This document shows, piece after piece, positions 26,978 to 35,127 of a stretch of DNA of 35,588 nt (positions are counted from its first letter, which is position 1; the number at the start of each line of letters is the position of its first letter). The DNA is from a virus (lineage: Duplodnaviria > Caudoviricetes), in IMG/VR virus record IMGVR_UViG_3300048861_000118, positions 1 to 35,588 of that record; one strand, written 5' to 3'. The position numbers and the translations under genes are program-made. The notes under the pieces are model-generated. The model did no database searches. It was given only the letters and a program-made list of their open reading frames with translations, and was not told the DNA's origin.

Positions 26978-27841
26978 TTAGACGGGCTGGCGGAAGTCCA
27001 TCATCTCCGGCAGCTCGCCGGCAAGGCCTCGCAGCTTCGCCCGGCGAACCACACTATGCTCGTCGATCAGCTTCAGCGCATCCCGCTTCCCGGTCTGCGT
27101 CTTGGCAAACCAGTGGAGCGCAACGCTCTCGACCTTCTTGCCGCGCTTGATAGGCTTGAAATCGACATAGAATGGACAGAGCTTGTTTATCTCGTCCATC
27201 GCGACTTTCAGGCAGTATTTGTTAAGATCTGCGAACCGCTCCAACTTGCCCGATGGCACATTGAGGAGGCCGCGTAGCTCCTCAAGCGAGAATGTTTCGG
27301 AGTTCTTGAATTCGAGGCCTATCCGGCGCTCCATCATCTCATAGAGGCACAGGGAGTATTTGCTTTCGAAGCAATACATCACCTGTGTTTTTAGTCGGGC
27401 ATAGACTTCGCTGTTGCGCAGGATCTCGATCAGCTCCTCGGGGATCCGGTATTGCAGGAACCCGTCCTTCTCCATGCTCTCGTCACTCGCCCCGAGGAGC
27501 TGCACGCGCCGCTTGTACTCCTTGCCACCCTTGCGGATCGTCACGATCGCGATCGTACCCATCAGCCGCAAAAGGCTGTTCTCGATCCGCTCGTTGCTCT
27601 TGTGGGAGCCCCGGAGCTGCGTCTTGTGGATCTGGTGGATGACCGGCTCACCGATCTGATCCCACGCATTCGCGATCAGAAGGTTGTAGACTCGGCGATC
27701 GGCGAGGCTAAGCGGCGATAGCTCGACGATGTCGACCAGCTCGCCGGGCTTGACGATCTCGCCATAACCCGCTGGATCAAAGGGGTTTCCGCGAGTGCGC
27801 TGCGCAAGCGTCTTGATGGTAAGGTCTAGCGTCGCGGTCAT
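26978..27841 (-). CDS. Plasmid replication initiator, Rep_3 (RepB-type) family
   Basis: IVKPGELVDI, LSLADRRVYNLLIANAW, FESKYSLCLYE, FSLEELRGLL.V..GK..RFADL motifs; iterons adjacent. Confidence 0.92.
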   Translation of the reverse strand: MTATLDLTIKTLAQRTRGNPFDPAGYGEIVKPGELVDIVELSPLSLADRRVYNLLIANAWDQIGEPVIHQIHKTQLRGSHKSNERIENSLLRLMGTIAIVTIRKGGKEYKRRVQLLGASDESMEKDGFLQYRIPEELIEILRNSEVYARLKTQVMYCFESKYSLCLYEMMERRIGLEFKNSETFSLEELRGLLNVPSGKLERFADLNKYCLKVAMDEINKLCPFYVDFKPIKRGKKVESVALHWFAKTQTGKRDALKLIDEHSVVRRAKLRGLAGELPEMMDFRQPV

Positions 27842-27903
27842 CGGTGAGCTTTCCCCAAGGAACGGACTCACAATAACACGCCCGGCGACCCTGAAAAGGC
27901 CGC

Positions 27904-28036
27904 CCCCCCAAAACTCACCGATGGTCGGGAAGCCCCCAAACACTCACCGGAATGCCCCCAGACTCTCACCACACCGCCCCCGAAAACTCGCCGGAATGCC
28001 CCCCGAAACTCACCGAACCCCACCCCAACCCTCACC
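27904..28036. repeat. Origin iterons (6 copies, 5 at exact 22-bp period)
   Basis: C-rich tract plus CTC(A/G)CC units ending at 27919, 27948, 27970, 27992, 28014, 28036. Confidence 0.88.
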
Positions 28037-28046
28037 TTTGAGGGCT

Positions 28047-28155
28047 CATTATCCCCTAATTACCGTAGCTTGGTTGGGGGTGAATCTAGAACTAGATGAA
28101 TAAAGAGAACTTGAACCCTAAATGTGAGGTTTCGGGGGCTTTGCCCTGTGGATAA
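28047..28155. promoter_or_regulatory. AT-rich unwinding region and DnaA box of plasmid origin
   Basis: AT-rich 28081-28125; perfect DnaA box TGTGGATAA at 28147-28155. Confidence 0.8.
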
Positions 28156-28231
28156 TCTGGCGCTGCACACGCATCGCTTATTTGCACGACACGCAGGAAA
28201 GGCCCTTCGGGCCGGGCTTGGCAACGGGTTC

Positions 28232-28252
28232 TTGTAGAGAAGCTCCCGACAA
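28232..28252 (+). promoter_or_regulatory. Late-promoter activator site upstream of gpJ
   Basis: TTGTAGAGAAGCTCCCGACAA. Confidence 0.72.
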
Positions 28253-28298
28253 ACCACCGGCGTAGCCTCGCGCGGGGGCCGACGACGATAGCGTCGGG

Positions 28299-29231
28299 AT
28301 GGCCGACACCACCGTCTCCTATCCCTACACTGCGGTCGATCTCTCGCAGCTCCCGCCGCCGAAAGCGGTGGTCGAGCTGTCGTTTGAGCAAACCTACGCC
28401 GAAATGGCCGCCATCGTGCAGGAAGTGCTGGAGCGCTCCGGTAGCGGCATCACCTTCGACCCCCTCAACGATGCGGATGTCGGCGCCGCCGTTCTTCAGG
28501 TCGCCGCCTACTATGTGATGCTCAAGACCGGATCGGTAAACGACGGCATCAAGGCCGTGCTGCTCGCCTATTCCACCGGCTCCGACCTCGACAACATCGG
28601 CGCCTTCTATCGTCTCAAGCGCTGGCTCCTGACGCCCGGCGATCCCGACGCTGGCATTCCCGACCTCTACGAGAGCGATCCCGATTTCCGTCGCCGGATC
28701 TCGCTGGCACCAGAAGGCTACTCCACGGCGGGGCCGGAAGGCGCCTACATCTTCCACGCGCTCAACGCTGACCCACAGGTCGCGGACGCCAGCGCCACAA
28801 GCCCCGAGGATGAACCCGGCACCGTCGTCGTTACTGTGCTGGGCAGGGAAGGGGAGGGGACCGTCTCCCCCGAGCTGGTGTCAAAGGTCGCCGAGTATGT
28901 CAGCGCCCGCACGCTGCGCCCGATGACGGACAATGTGATCGTCCAGTCGGCACGGATCCGCGAGTACACAATCGACGCGGACATCTGGACCTTTGCCGGC
29001 CCCGACAGCGCGATCGTCATGGCCGAAGCCCAGCGACAAGCCGAGGCCTTTGCCGTCGAAAACCATGCCCTCGGCCGCGACATCAACGTCAACATGGTCG
29101 CGGGCGCCCTCAAGGTGGCCGGCGTCCAGAACATCAAGCTGCGCAGCCTCTCCGAAGACATGATCCTCGATCGCACCGAGGCATCCAACTGCACCGCGAT
29201 CCGTCTCAATTGGGCCGGGCTCGGCGAATGA
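28299..29231 (+). CDS. Baseplate assembly protein J
   Basis: VDLSQLPPP, GSDLDNIGA, ESDPDFRRRI.LAPEGYSTAGPEGAYIFHAL motifs. Confidence 0.95.
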   Translation: MADTTVSYPYTAVDLSQLPPPKAVVELSFEQTYAEMAAIVQEVLERSGSGITFDPLNDADVGAAVLQVAAYYVMLKTGSVNDGIKAVLLAYSTGSDLDNIGAFYRLKRWLLTPGDPDAGIPDLYESDPDFRRRISLAPEGYSTAGPEGAYIFHALNADPQVADASATSPEDEPGTVVVTVLGREGEGTVSPELVSKVAEYVSARTLRPMTDNVIVQSARIREYTIDADIWTFAGPDSAIVMAEAQRQAEAFAVENHALGRDINVNMVAGALKVAGVQNIKLRSLSEDMILDRTEASNCTAIRLNWAGLGE

Positions 29232-29866
29232 GTGCGCTGCCCCTCATCGATAAGGCGCGCTTCGCTACGGCACTCGCTGCGGCGCGGGAGAAGCTCGCGG
29301 GCCAGCCCATCACGCAACAGCCTTCGCTGCTGCCCAACCCGACCCCGCTGATGCGCGCGCTGGAACAGGCAATCGGCCGGCTTGAGGCTATCCCCGTCCC
29401 GATCGCGTCGGCGTGGAACCCAGATACCTGCCCGGTCGAGCTGCTGCCCTATCTCGCCTGGTCGCTGTCGATCGACGTGTGGTCGCCCGATTGGCCTGAG
29501 GCAGTGAAGCGCGAGCGGATCCGCCGCGCCATGATCATCCAGCAGTCCAAGGGCACCCGCTCCTCGATCGAGGAAGTGGTGGCCGCCTTCGGCGGATCCG
29601 TTGCGATCCGTGAATGGTGGGAGATGGTGCCGCCCGGCCGGCCCCACACCTTCGATATGATCCTCGGCCTCACCGGCGCCGGCGGCTACGTGCCGAGCGC
29701 GGCGCTTGTCGATCAGGTCATCACGGACATCACCCGCACCAAGCCGGTGCGCTCTCATTTCACCTTCACGCTGTCCCTCTCGGCCGTGGGCTCGATCGGC
29801 AAGGTCGGGGCGATCCGCCCCGTCTCTTACGCGCGTCTGCGTCTCGATGCGGCGCCGGCGTTCTGA
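29228..29866 (+). CDS. Tail protein I (P2 gpI)
   Basis: WNPDTCPVELLPYLAWSLSIDVW, KGT, EWWE, KPVRSHF motifs. Confidence 0.95.
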   Translation: MSALPLIDKARFATALAAAREKLAGQPITQQPSLLPNPTPLMRALEQAIGRLEAIPVPIASAWNPDTCPVELLPYLAWSLSIDVWSPDWPEAVKRERIRRAMIIQQSKGTRSSIEEVVAAFGGSVAIREWWEMVPPGRPHTFDMILGLTGAGGYVPSAALVDQVITDITRTKPVRSHFTFTLSLSAVGSIGKVGAIRPVSYARLRLDAAPAF

Positions 29867-29877
29867 CGAGACGGAAC

Positions 29878-31446
29878 ATGCCCGCAGTCCCCACCATCAC
29901 CATCACTGACGCCGGCCGCGCTGCTCTGGTCAACGCCGACCACGACGGCACCAAGGCGGTGAAGATCACGACATGCGGCGTTACCGCGACCGCGATCGTG
30001 CCCGATCCGGCGATGACCGCCTTGCCCGGCGAGATCAAACGCATCGGCACGGTTTCGGGCGGCGTAGTGGCGGCGGATACGATCCACTTGGTCGTGCGCG
30101 ACGAAGCCGCGGAATCCTACACCGTTCGATCGCTCGCCCTCTATCTCGCGGACGGAACACTCTTCGCCCTTTACGGGCAGGCGGACCCGCTGCTGATCAA
30201 GACCGAACGGTCGATGTTCCTGCTCGAAACGGACATCACGTTCCCGGATGTGCGCGCAGCGCTGATCCAGTTCGGGGATGCCAATTTCTCGAACCCGCCG
30301 GCGACGACCGAGCGACAGGGCGTGGTGGAGCTGGCCACGGACGAGGAGACGATCGCAGGCAGGGATGCGACACGCGCCGTCTATCCGCGTGGCCTACTGG
30401 CTGCTTTTACCGCCTGGATGGATGCTCGTCTCGGGGTAGGATCTCCGACCGCTTTCACGAAGACACTGCTGGCTTCGGCGAGTGCCATGGCCGCACGCGC
30501 CACGCTCGGCCTGGGCAACTCGGCCGTGCTCAATATCGGACATGGAAACGGCGTCGATGCTGATACGCTCGATGGTCAGCATGGGAGCTGGTTTACCGAC
30601 ATCATCGGACGGTTGGGCTATACGCCAATCCAGCAGGGCGGCGGTGCTGGGCAGGGGGCCAGCAAGGTCCAGATCGGGTGGGGCGGTACGCGCCTGAAGG
30701 CACAGGTCGATGGCGCGGACCAGGGCAACATCGTGTTCGACAAAGACATCGCCGATGTCTGGCGTGGATCTAACGATGGCTCCGGTTCGGGAATGGACTC
30801 GGACTTGCTCGATGGTCAGCAGGGCAGCTGGTACGCTGACATCAAAGCGCGGCTCGGCTACAATCCGGCGAACAAAGCGGGCGAAGCCTTTGAGGGGTCC
30901 GTTGAGACGGGCGGCGATTTCGTCCTAAATCGCACCACGAACCCGTGGGGCTACATTATCAGGCCGAATGTGCCCGGCTATAAATACCTATCATTAGCGA
31001 CAACCGGCGCGGGCTTGCTTGATCAGGTCAACATTAATACTGCGCTTTGCACGCGCGCCGGTAGTGTAATGTGGGACGCCGCAAATGACGGTGCAGGTTC
31101 CGGGCTCGATGCGGACGTATTCCACGGTTTTACGATCGAGGCGTTCTTGCGCGACCTTGGAACGTCCTTCGGCACCAATGGCTATATCCGGTTCAGCAAC
31201 GGCCTGATTGTGCAATGGGGCACGGTCGCCGGGACGTTTCCCGGGAACACCGACATTGCGATTGTTCTGCCGATGGCCTTCCCACGCGCCATTCTGACCC
31301 TCGTCGGTGCGAACAGCGATGTTGTAGCCCAGCCAAACGCGGTCGTTGGGTTCAACTATTCGCCGCCCCCCGGGCCGGGAAGCTTCTATTTCCGTACAAA
31401 CGTCGGCGGTCAAAATCGCATCAATTACTTAGCAGTCGGCTGGTGA
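29878..31446 (+). CDS. Tail fibre protein (gpH-like)
   Basis: TITDAGRAAL N-term, PPATTERQGVVELAT, three G.G.DAD.LDG-type repeats, C-term GYIRFSNGLIVQWG domain. Confidence 0.92.
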   Translation: MPAVPTITITDAGRAALVNADHDGTKAVKITTCGVTATAIVPDPAMTALPGEIKRIGTVSGGVVAADTIHLVVRDEAAESYTVRSLALYLADGTLFALYGQADPLLIKTERSMFLLETDITFPDVRAALIQFGDANFSNPPATTERQGVVELATDEETIAGRDATRAVYPRGLLAAFTAWMDARLGVGSPTAFTKTLLASASAMAARATLGLGNSAVLNIGHGNGVDADTLDGQHGSWFTDIIGRLGYTPIQQGGGAGQGASKVQIGWGGTRLKAQVDGADQGNIVFDKDIADVWRGSNDGSGSGMDSDLLDGQQGSWYADIKARLGYNPANKAGEAFEGSVETGGDFVLNRTTNPWGYIIRPNVPGYKYLSLATTGAGLLDQVNINTALCTRAGSVMWDAANDGAGSGLDADVFHGFTIEAFLRDLGTSFGTNGYIRFSNGLIVQWGTVAGTFPGNTDIAIVLPMAFPRAILTLVGANSDVVAQPNAVVGFNYSPPPGPGSFYFRTNVGGQNRINYLAVGW

Positions 31447-31450
31447 GGGC

Positions 31451-31849
31451 ATGACGATGTATTATTCGGCTTCTAAGCGTGGGTTCTATGATCCCGAGTT
31501 TCACACCACCATTCCTGCGGATGCCGTCGAGATTTCGGCCGAGCGCCACAGAGAGCTGCTGGAGGAGCAGTCGGCCGGCTGGATGATCAGCCACGACAGC
31601 GAGGGGAACCCGATCGTCGTCGAGCACCCCGAGCCGACCCCGGCCGAAGAGATGGCCTATCTCCGTCACCGCCGCGACGAGCTGCTCCGCGCGTCTGACT
31701 TCAGCCAGTTCGCCGACGCGCCGCTCGACGGGGAGCAGCGGAGCGCCTGGTCGGCCTATCGTCAGCAGCTCCGCGATCTGCCCGCCACATTCGCCTCCAC
31801 CCCGGCCGACACGGTCTGGCCGACCCCTCCCGCGAGAGCCAGAACATGA
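31451..31849 (+). CDS. Tail fibre assembly chaperone
   Basis: YYSASKRGFYD..IPADAVEIS, RDELLRASD, WSAYRQQLRDLP, WP.PP motifs. Confidence 0.9.
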   Translation: MTMYYSASKRGFYDPEFHTTIPADAVEISAERHRELLEEQSAGWMISHDSEGNPIVVEHPEPTPAEEMAYLRHRRDELLRASDFSQFADAPLDGEQRSAWSAYRQQLRDLPATFASTPADTVWPTPPARART

Positions 31850-32133
31850 AGATAACCATCGGCGCATTCGACCCTGCCACCCGCTCTGTAGCCGCGACCT
31901 TCGCAGACCCGGCATCCGGCATCGTACACGAACGGCCGGTCAACGCGGTGGTGGATGCCACTGGCGGATATGACGAAGCGGCCACCCGTGACCGCGTGGA
32001 CGCTGTCGGGCGCGGAGTGCGGGCGAAGATCGCGGTGGGCGCGATCCTCGCCCCGCCGCCGCCCGCGCCGGAGGCTCAGACGGTTACAGCGCCGAAGAAG
32101 AGCCGACGCCTCCCAGCCAAGCTCGCCGGCTGA
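31846..32133 (+). CDS. Hypothetical tail-associated protein
   Basis: 95 aa, coupled to chaperone gene. Confidence 0.65.
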   Translation: MKITIGAFDPATRSVAATFADPASGIVHERPVNAVVDATGGYDEAATRDRVDAVGRGVRAKIAVGAILAPPPPAPEAQTVTAPKKSRRLPAKLAG

Positions 32134-32155
32134 TCTCGGCGTTCGCCGCCTTTTC

Positions 32156-32262
32156 GGAGGGGGCAGGGATGTACCACCATCCCCAACCTGCGAGCCTGCA
32201 CTCGCACCTCGCGCGGCAGATGCCGCGTTTCGGCCCCTCCTAGCTGGCCAGCGGGCGGGGGC
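32156..32262 (+). ncRNA. Structured RNA leader upstream of DNA adenine methylase
   Basis: Outer stem GGAGGGG/CCCCTCC enclosing three hairpins (GGGATG/CATCCC, TGCGAG/CTCGCA, CGCGGCA/TGCCGCG). Confidence 0.55.
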
Positions 32263-32273
32263 ATTGATGCAGG

Positions 32274-33110
32274 ATGTTTGACTTGTCCACTCGTTTCCAC
32301 TCGATTGCCCCCGTTCGCCCCGTAGCCGGCTATATCGGAGGCAAACGCAACCTCGCCCGGCGGGTGTGCGCGATCATCGATCGCGTGCCGCACTCGTCCT
32401 ATGCGGAGCCCTTCGTCGGCATGGGCGGCATCTTCCTGCGCCGCACGCGGCGGCCGCGCGCCGAGGCGATCAATGACGTTTCCGGCGATGTGACCACGCT
32501 CTTCCGCTGCCTCGCCGAGCACTATGTCTATCTGGTCGACATGCTCAAATTTCGGATCGCCAGCCGGGCGGAGTTCAACCGTTTGCTGGGGCAGGATCCC
32601 GAGCGCCTGACGGACCTCCAACGCGCCGTCCGCTTTCTCTATGTCCAGCGGCAGGCGTTCGGCGGGAAGGTGGCCGGGCGCAACTTTGGCGTCGACGCAC
32701 GGAGCCCGGCCCGCTTCGACGTCGGCAAGCTGGAGCCGATGCTCGCCGAGCTGCATGAACGGTTACAGGGCGTGGTGATCGAGCAGCTGCCCTACGCGGA
32801 TTTCATTCGTCGCTATGATCACGAAGGCGCGCTGTTCTACCTCGATCCCCCCTATTACGGATCTGAGGGCGACTATGGCGCCGGGGTCTTCGGCTGCGAC
32901 GACTTCGCCGCGATCGCCGCCCAGCTCGCCGGCATTAAGGGGCGCTTCCTGCTGTCGATCAACGACCATCCCGCCATCCGCGAGATCTTCGGCGCCTTCG
33001 ACCAGCACGCGGTCGATACCACCTACACGATCACACGGGCGGCCGGGCAGAAGGCCGGCGAGCTGCTGATCACAAACTTGCCGGCCGAGCTGGTCGCGAG
33101 CGCGATCTAG
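32274..33110 (+). CDS. DNA adenine methyltransferase, D12/Dam class (orphan)
   Basis: YIGGK, YAEPFVGMGG, INDVS, FYLDPPY, FLLSIND, ELLITN motifs. Confidence 0.95.
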   Translation: MFDLSTRFHSIAPVRPVAGYIGGKRNLARRVCAIIDRVPHSSYAEPFVGMGGIFLRRTRRPRAEAINDVSGDVTTLFRCLAEHYVYLVDMLKFRIASRAEFNRLLGQDPERLTDLQRAVRFLYVQRQAFGGKVAGRNFGVDARSPARFDVGKLEPMLAELHERLQGVVIEQLPYADFIRRYDHEGALFYLDPPYYGSEGDYGAGVFGCDDFAAIAAQLAGIKGRFLLSINDHPAIREIFGAFDQHAVDTTYTITRAAGQKAGELLITNLPAELVASAI

Positions 33111-34027
33111 GCAGGCAGGAGTCGACGCAGTTGCGACAGGAAACCACCGGCCGGCCGGGGCGGGGAGGGCGGCGGGCAGTTGGCCAGCTCGGCCTGCCGG
33201 ATGGTTTCCCGCGCAGCCGCGATCGTGGCGAGCGGATCCTCGCCGGCGCGGCGGAAGCGCACAAAAAATTCCAGCTCGCCCCGGCTCGTCGGCACGAACC
33301 GCTCGATTTCGAACGGGAGCACCTTCAACCGGATCAGATCCTCGCAGATGTCGAGGAAGGAAGCGGGCGAGAACACCCAGCAATGGCTGTCGATATAGCG
33401 GTCGCTGGTCAGCTGCTCGACGCATTGCCCATAGGCCAGCGAGAGCGCGATATCACCCATCATCACCGGCCCGTCCGTTCGGCCCGCCCAGATCTCATGG
33501 CATGGGATGTCGACGGCCATCCGGCAGTTGTCGAAGATCTGGCGGATCGACGGCCTGACGCGCTTCTCCAGCCACGATTGCACCAGCTCGCCCGTGGTGC
33601 TCAGCGGGCGCTGGATATCGAAGGTGTAGCGCTTGTCGGGCACCGCAAGCGCGATGATGCCGTCGTCGTCCAGCGCCTCGGCGATCTCCAGCAGCCAGCC
33701 GATGGGGTTTGGGACATGCTCGATCACATGGGAGGCCAGCGCATAGGCAAAGGAGCCGCTTTCCTTCAGCGGCCGCTCGCCCCAGACGAGATCGATTTCA
33801 ACGATGTCGGCCGGGTTGATCCTGTCATTCGGATCGTCCCGATAGGCCTTCGCGCGCACCGTCTCGGTGTCGCCATAGTCGACGTAGAGCACCGGCCCCA
33901 TGTCTTTCGTGACGAGCGGGCGCGTCAGTGGGCCATATTCCACTCCGGGACGGCTCAGATCGAGCCCACCCACCAGATGATCCTTACGCAACACAGTATA
34001 CCTTCGACCTGAAACCCGGCATCTCAA
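33107..34027 (-). CDS. Class I SAM-dependent methyltransferase-domain protein (moron); start uncertain
   Basis: GVEYGP, YVDY, ASHVIEHVPNPIGWL...L...G...LAVPDKRYTFD motifs. Confidence 0.8.
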   Translation of the reverse strand: MRCRVSGRRYTVLRKDHLVGGLDLSRPGVEYGPLTRPLVTKDMGPVLYVDYGDTETVRAKAYRDDPNDRINPADIVEIDLVWGERPLKESGSFAYALASHVIEHVPNPIGWLLEIAEALDDDGIIALAVPDKRYTFDIQRPLSTTGELVQSWLEKRVRPSIRQIFDNCRMAVDIPCHEIWAGRTDGPVMMGDIALSLAYGQCVEQLTSDRYIDSHCWVFSPASFLDICEDLIRLKVLPFEIERFVPTSRGELEFFVRFRRAGEDPLATIAAARETIRQAELANCPPPSPPRPAGGFLSQLRRLLPA

Positions 34028-34070
34028 CTAGCCGGCGAAGCGATTTCCCGCAATGAATTGCAGCCTGTTC

Positions 34071-34091
34071 TTGTAGAGAACGTCTGCACAA
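34071..34091 (+). promoter_or_regulatory. Late-promoter activator site upstream of gpV
   Basis: TTGTAGAGAACGTCTGCACAA. Confidence 0.72.
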
Positions 34092-34138
34092 GTCTCACGC
34101 GATGCGCGGGCGCGAGGCCGCCGCCATGGTCGGCCCGC

Positions 34139-34690
34139 ATGAGCGACCCCACCGATATCCAACGCCTGATCGGCGATGTCATCCGCCTAGGCGCTGTTGC
34201 GTCCGTGGATCTCGGTGAGGCGCTCTGCACGGTCGAGATCGGCGATCTCATCACGGCCCCTCTTCCGTGGCTCGCCGGTCGCGCCGGGGCCACCTCCGTC
34301 TGGTCACCACCCGTTAAAGGTGAACAGGTCATCGTCCTTTGCCCCGAGGGCGATACCGAGGCGGGGGTGGTCCTTGCGGGCCTCTATTCCAACAAGAACC
34401 CGGCGCCGGCCGACCGCGCGGAACTGGACCTGTTCAAGTTCCCGGACGGCTCGACCGTCTCCTTCGACGCCGAAGCGAGGCATCTCTCGATCTCGCTGGT
34501 CAAGGGCACGCGCATGACGATCGCCGCCCCGGCAGGTCTGCGCATCGGCGGTGACGCGGGTGTCATTGTCGAAAGCTCGCTGACCGTGCGGGGCAACGTC
34601 AGCGCGGGCAACGGCGCCTCGGGCACCTTCTCCACGGCAACGGGCCAAGTGGTGATGGTGCAGGGCGGCATAATCACGGACATCAGCTGA
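34139..34690 (+). CDS. Baseplate spike protein V
   Basis: IRLGAVASVD, LPWLAGRAG...WSPPVKGEQVIVLCPEGD, FPDG motifs. Confidence 0.93.
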   Translation: MSDPTDIQRLIGDVIRLGAVASVDLGEALCTVEIGDLITAPLPWLAGRAGATSVWSPPVKGEQVIVLCPEGDTEAGVVLAGLYSNKNPAPADRAELDLFKFPDGSTVSFDAEARHLSISLVKGTRMTIAAPAGLRIGGDAGVIVESSLTVRGNVSAGNGASGTFSTATGQVVMVQGGIITDIS

Positions 34691-35127
34691 TGCTTGATCC
34701 CAAGGTTTTCGAAGACGTGCGCCGCCGGGTCGACGCCGTCGCCACATGCCAGGATCTTTCCGACATCGCCCGCGACGCCATCGCGGCGGCGGGCATTCAG
34801 GAAAAGATCAACGAGGAAATGGCGAAGCTTCAGCCGATCCTCGCGCTGTTGCAGGTGCCAGGGGCGAACCTCATCGCCCTTGCGACGTGGATCAAGGATT
34901 TCATCAGCGGTGTGCTCGGCCCCTATGTCCGGCCGATCGAAACCTATGTCGGCGAGCTGGCGATCCTAGCGGCCGAGGTGACGGCGACACTCGCTGCGAT
35001 CGAGCGCAAGGCCGCTGATCTTGGCAATTGCCACATCGATTTGCCGCCGCCGCCGTACATCCCGATCCCCGAAATTCCCGACCCGATACCGGATTTGCCG
35101 GACCTGCCCGGATTTCCCCAGCTGTGA
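34690..35127 (+). CDS. Hypothetical helical protein with Pro-rich tail between V and W
   Basis: Coupled on both sides; 145 aa. Confidence 0.7.
   Translation: MLDPKVFEDVRRRVDAVATCQDLSDIARDAIAAAGIQEKINEEMAKLQPILALLQVPGANLIALATWIKDFISGVLGPYVRPIETYVGELAILAAEVTATLAAIERKAADLGNCHIDLPPPPYIPIPEIPDPIPDLPDLPGFPQL

Noticed and set aside
27904-28036. Repeat arrays as CRISPR
   Set aside because: 22-bp and 8-bp periods without unique spacers, no cas genes; fit iterons and parS
32274-33110. Methylase as part of a restriction-modification system
   Set aside because: No cognate endonuclease nearby; orphan Dam-like genes after tail fibre genes are common in temperate phages
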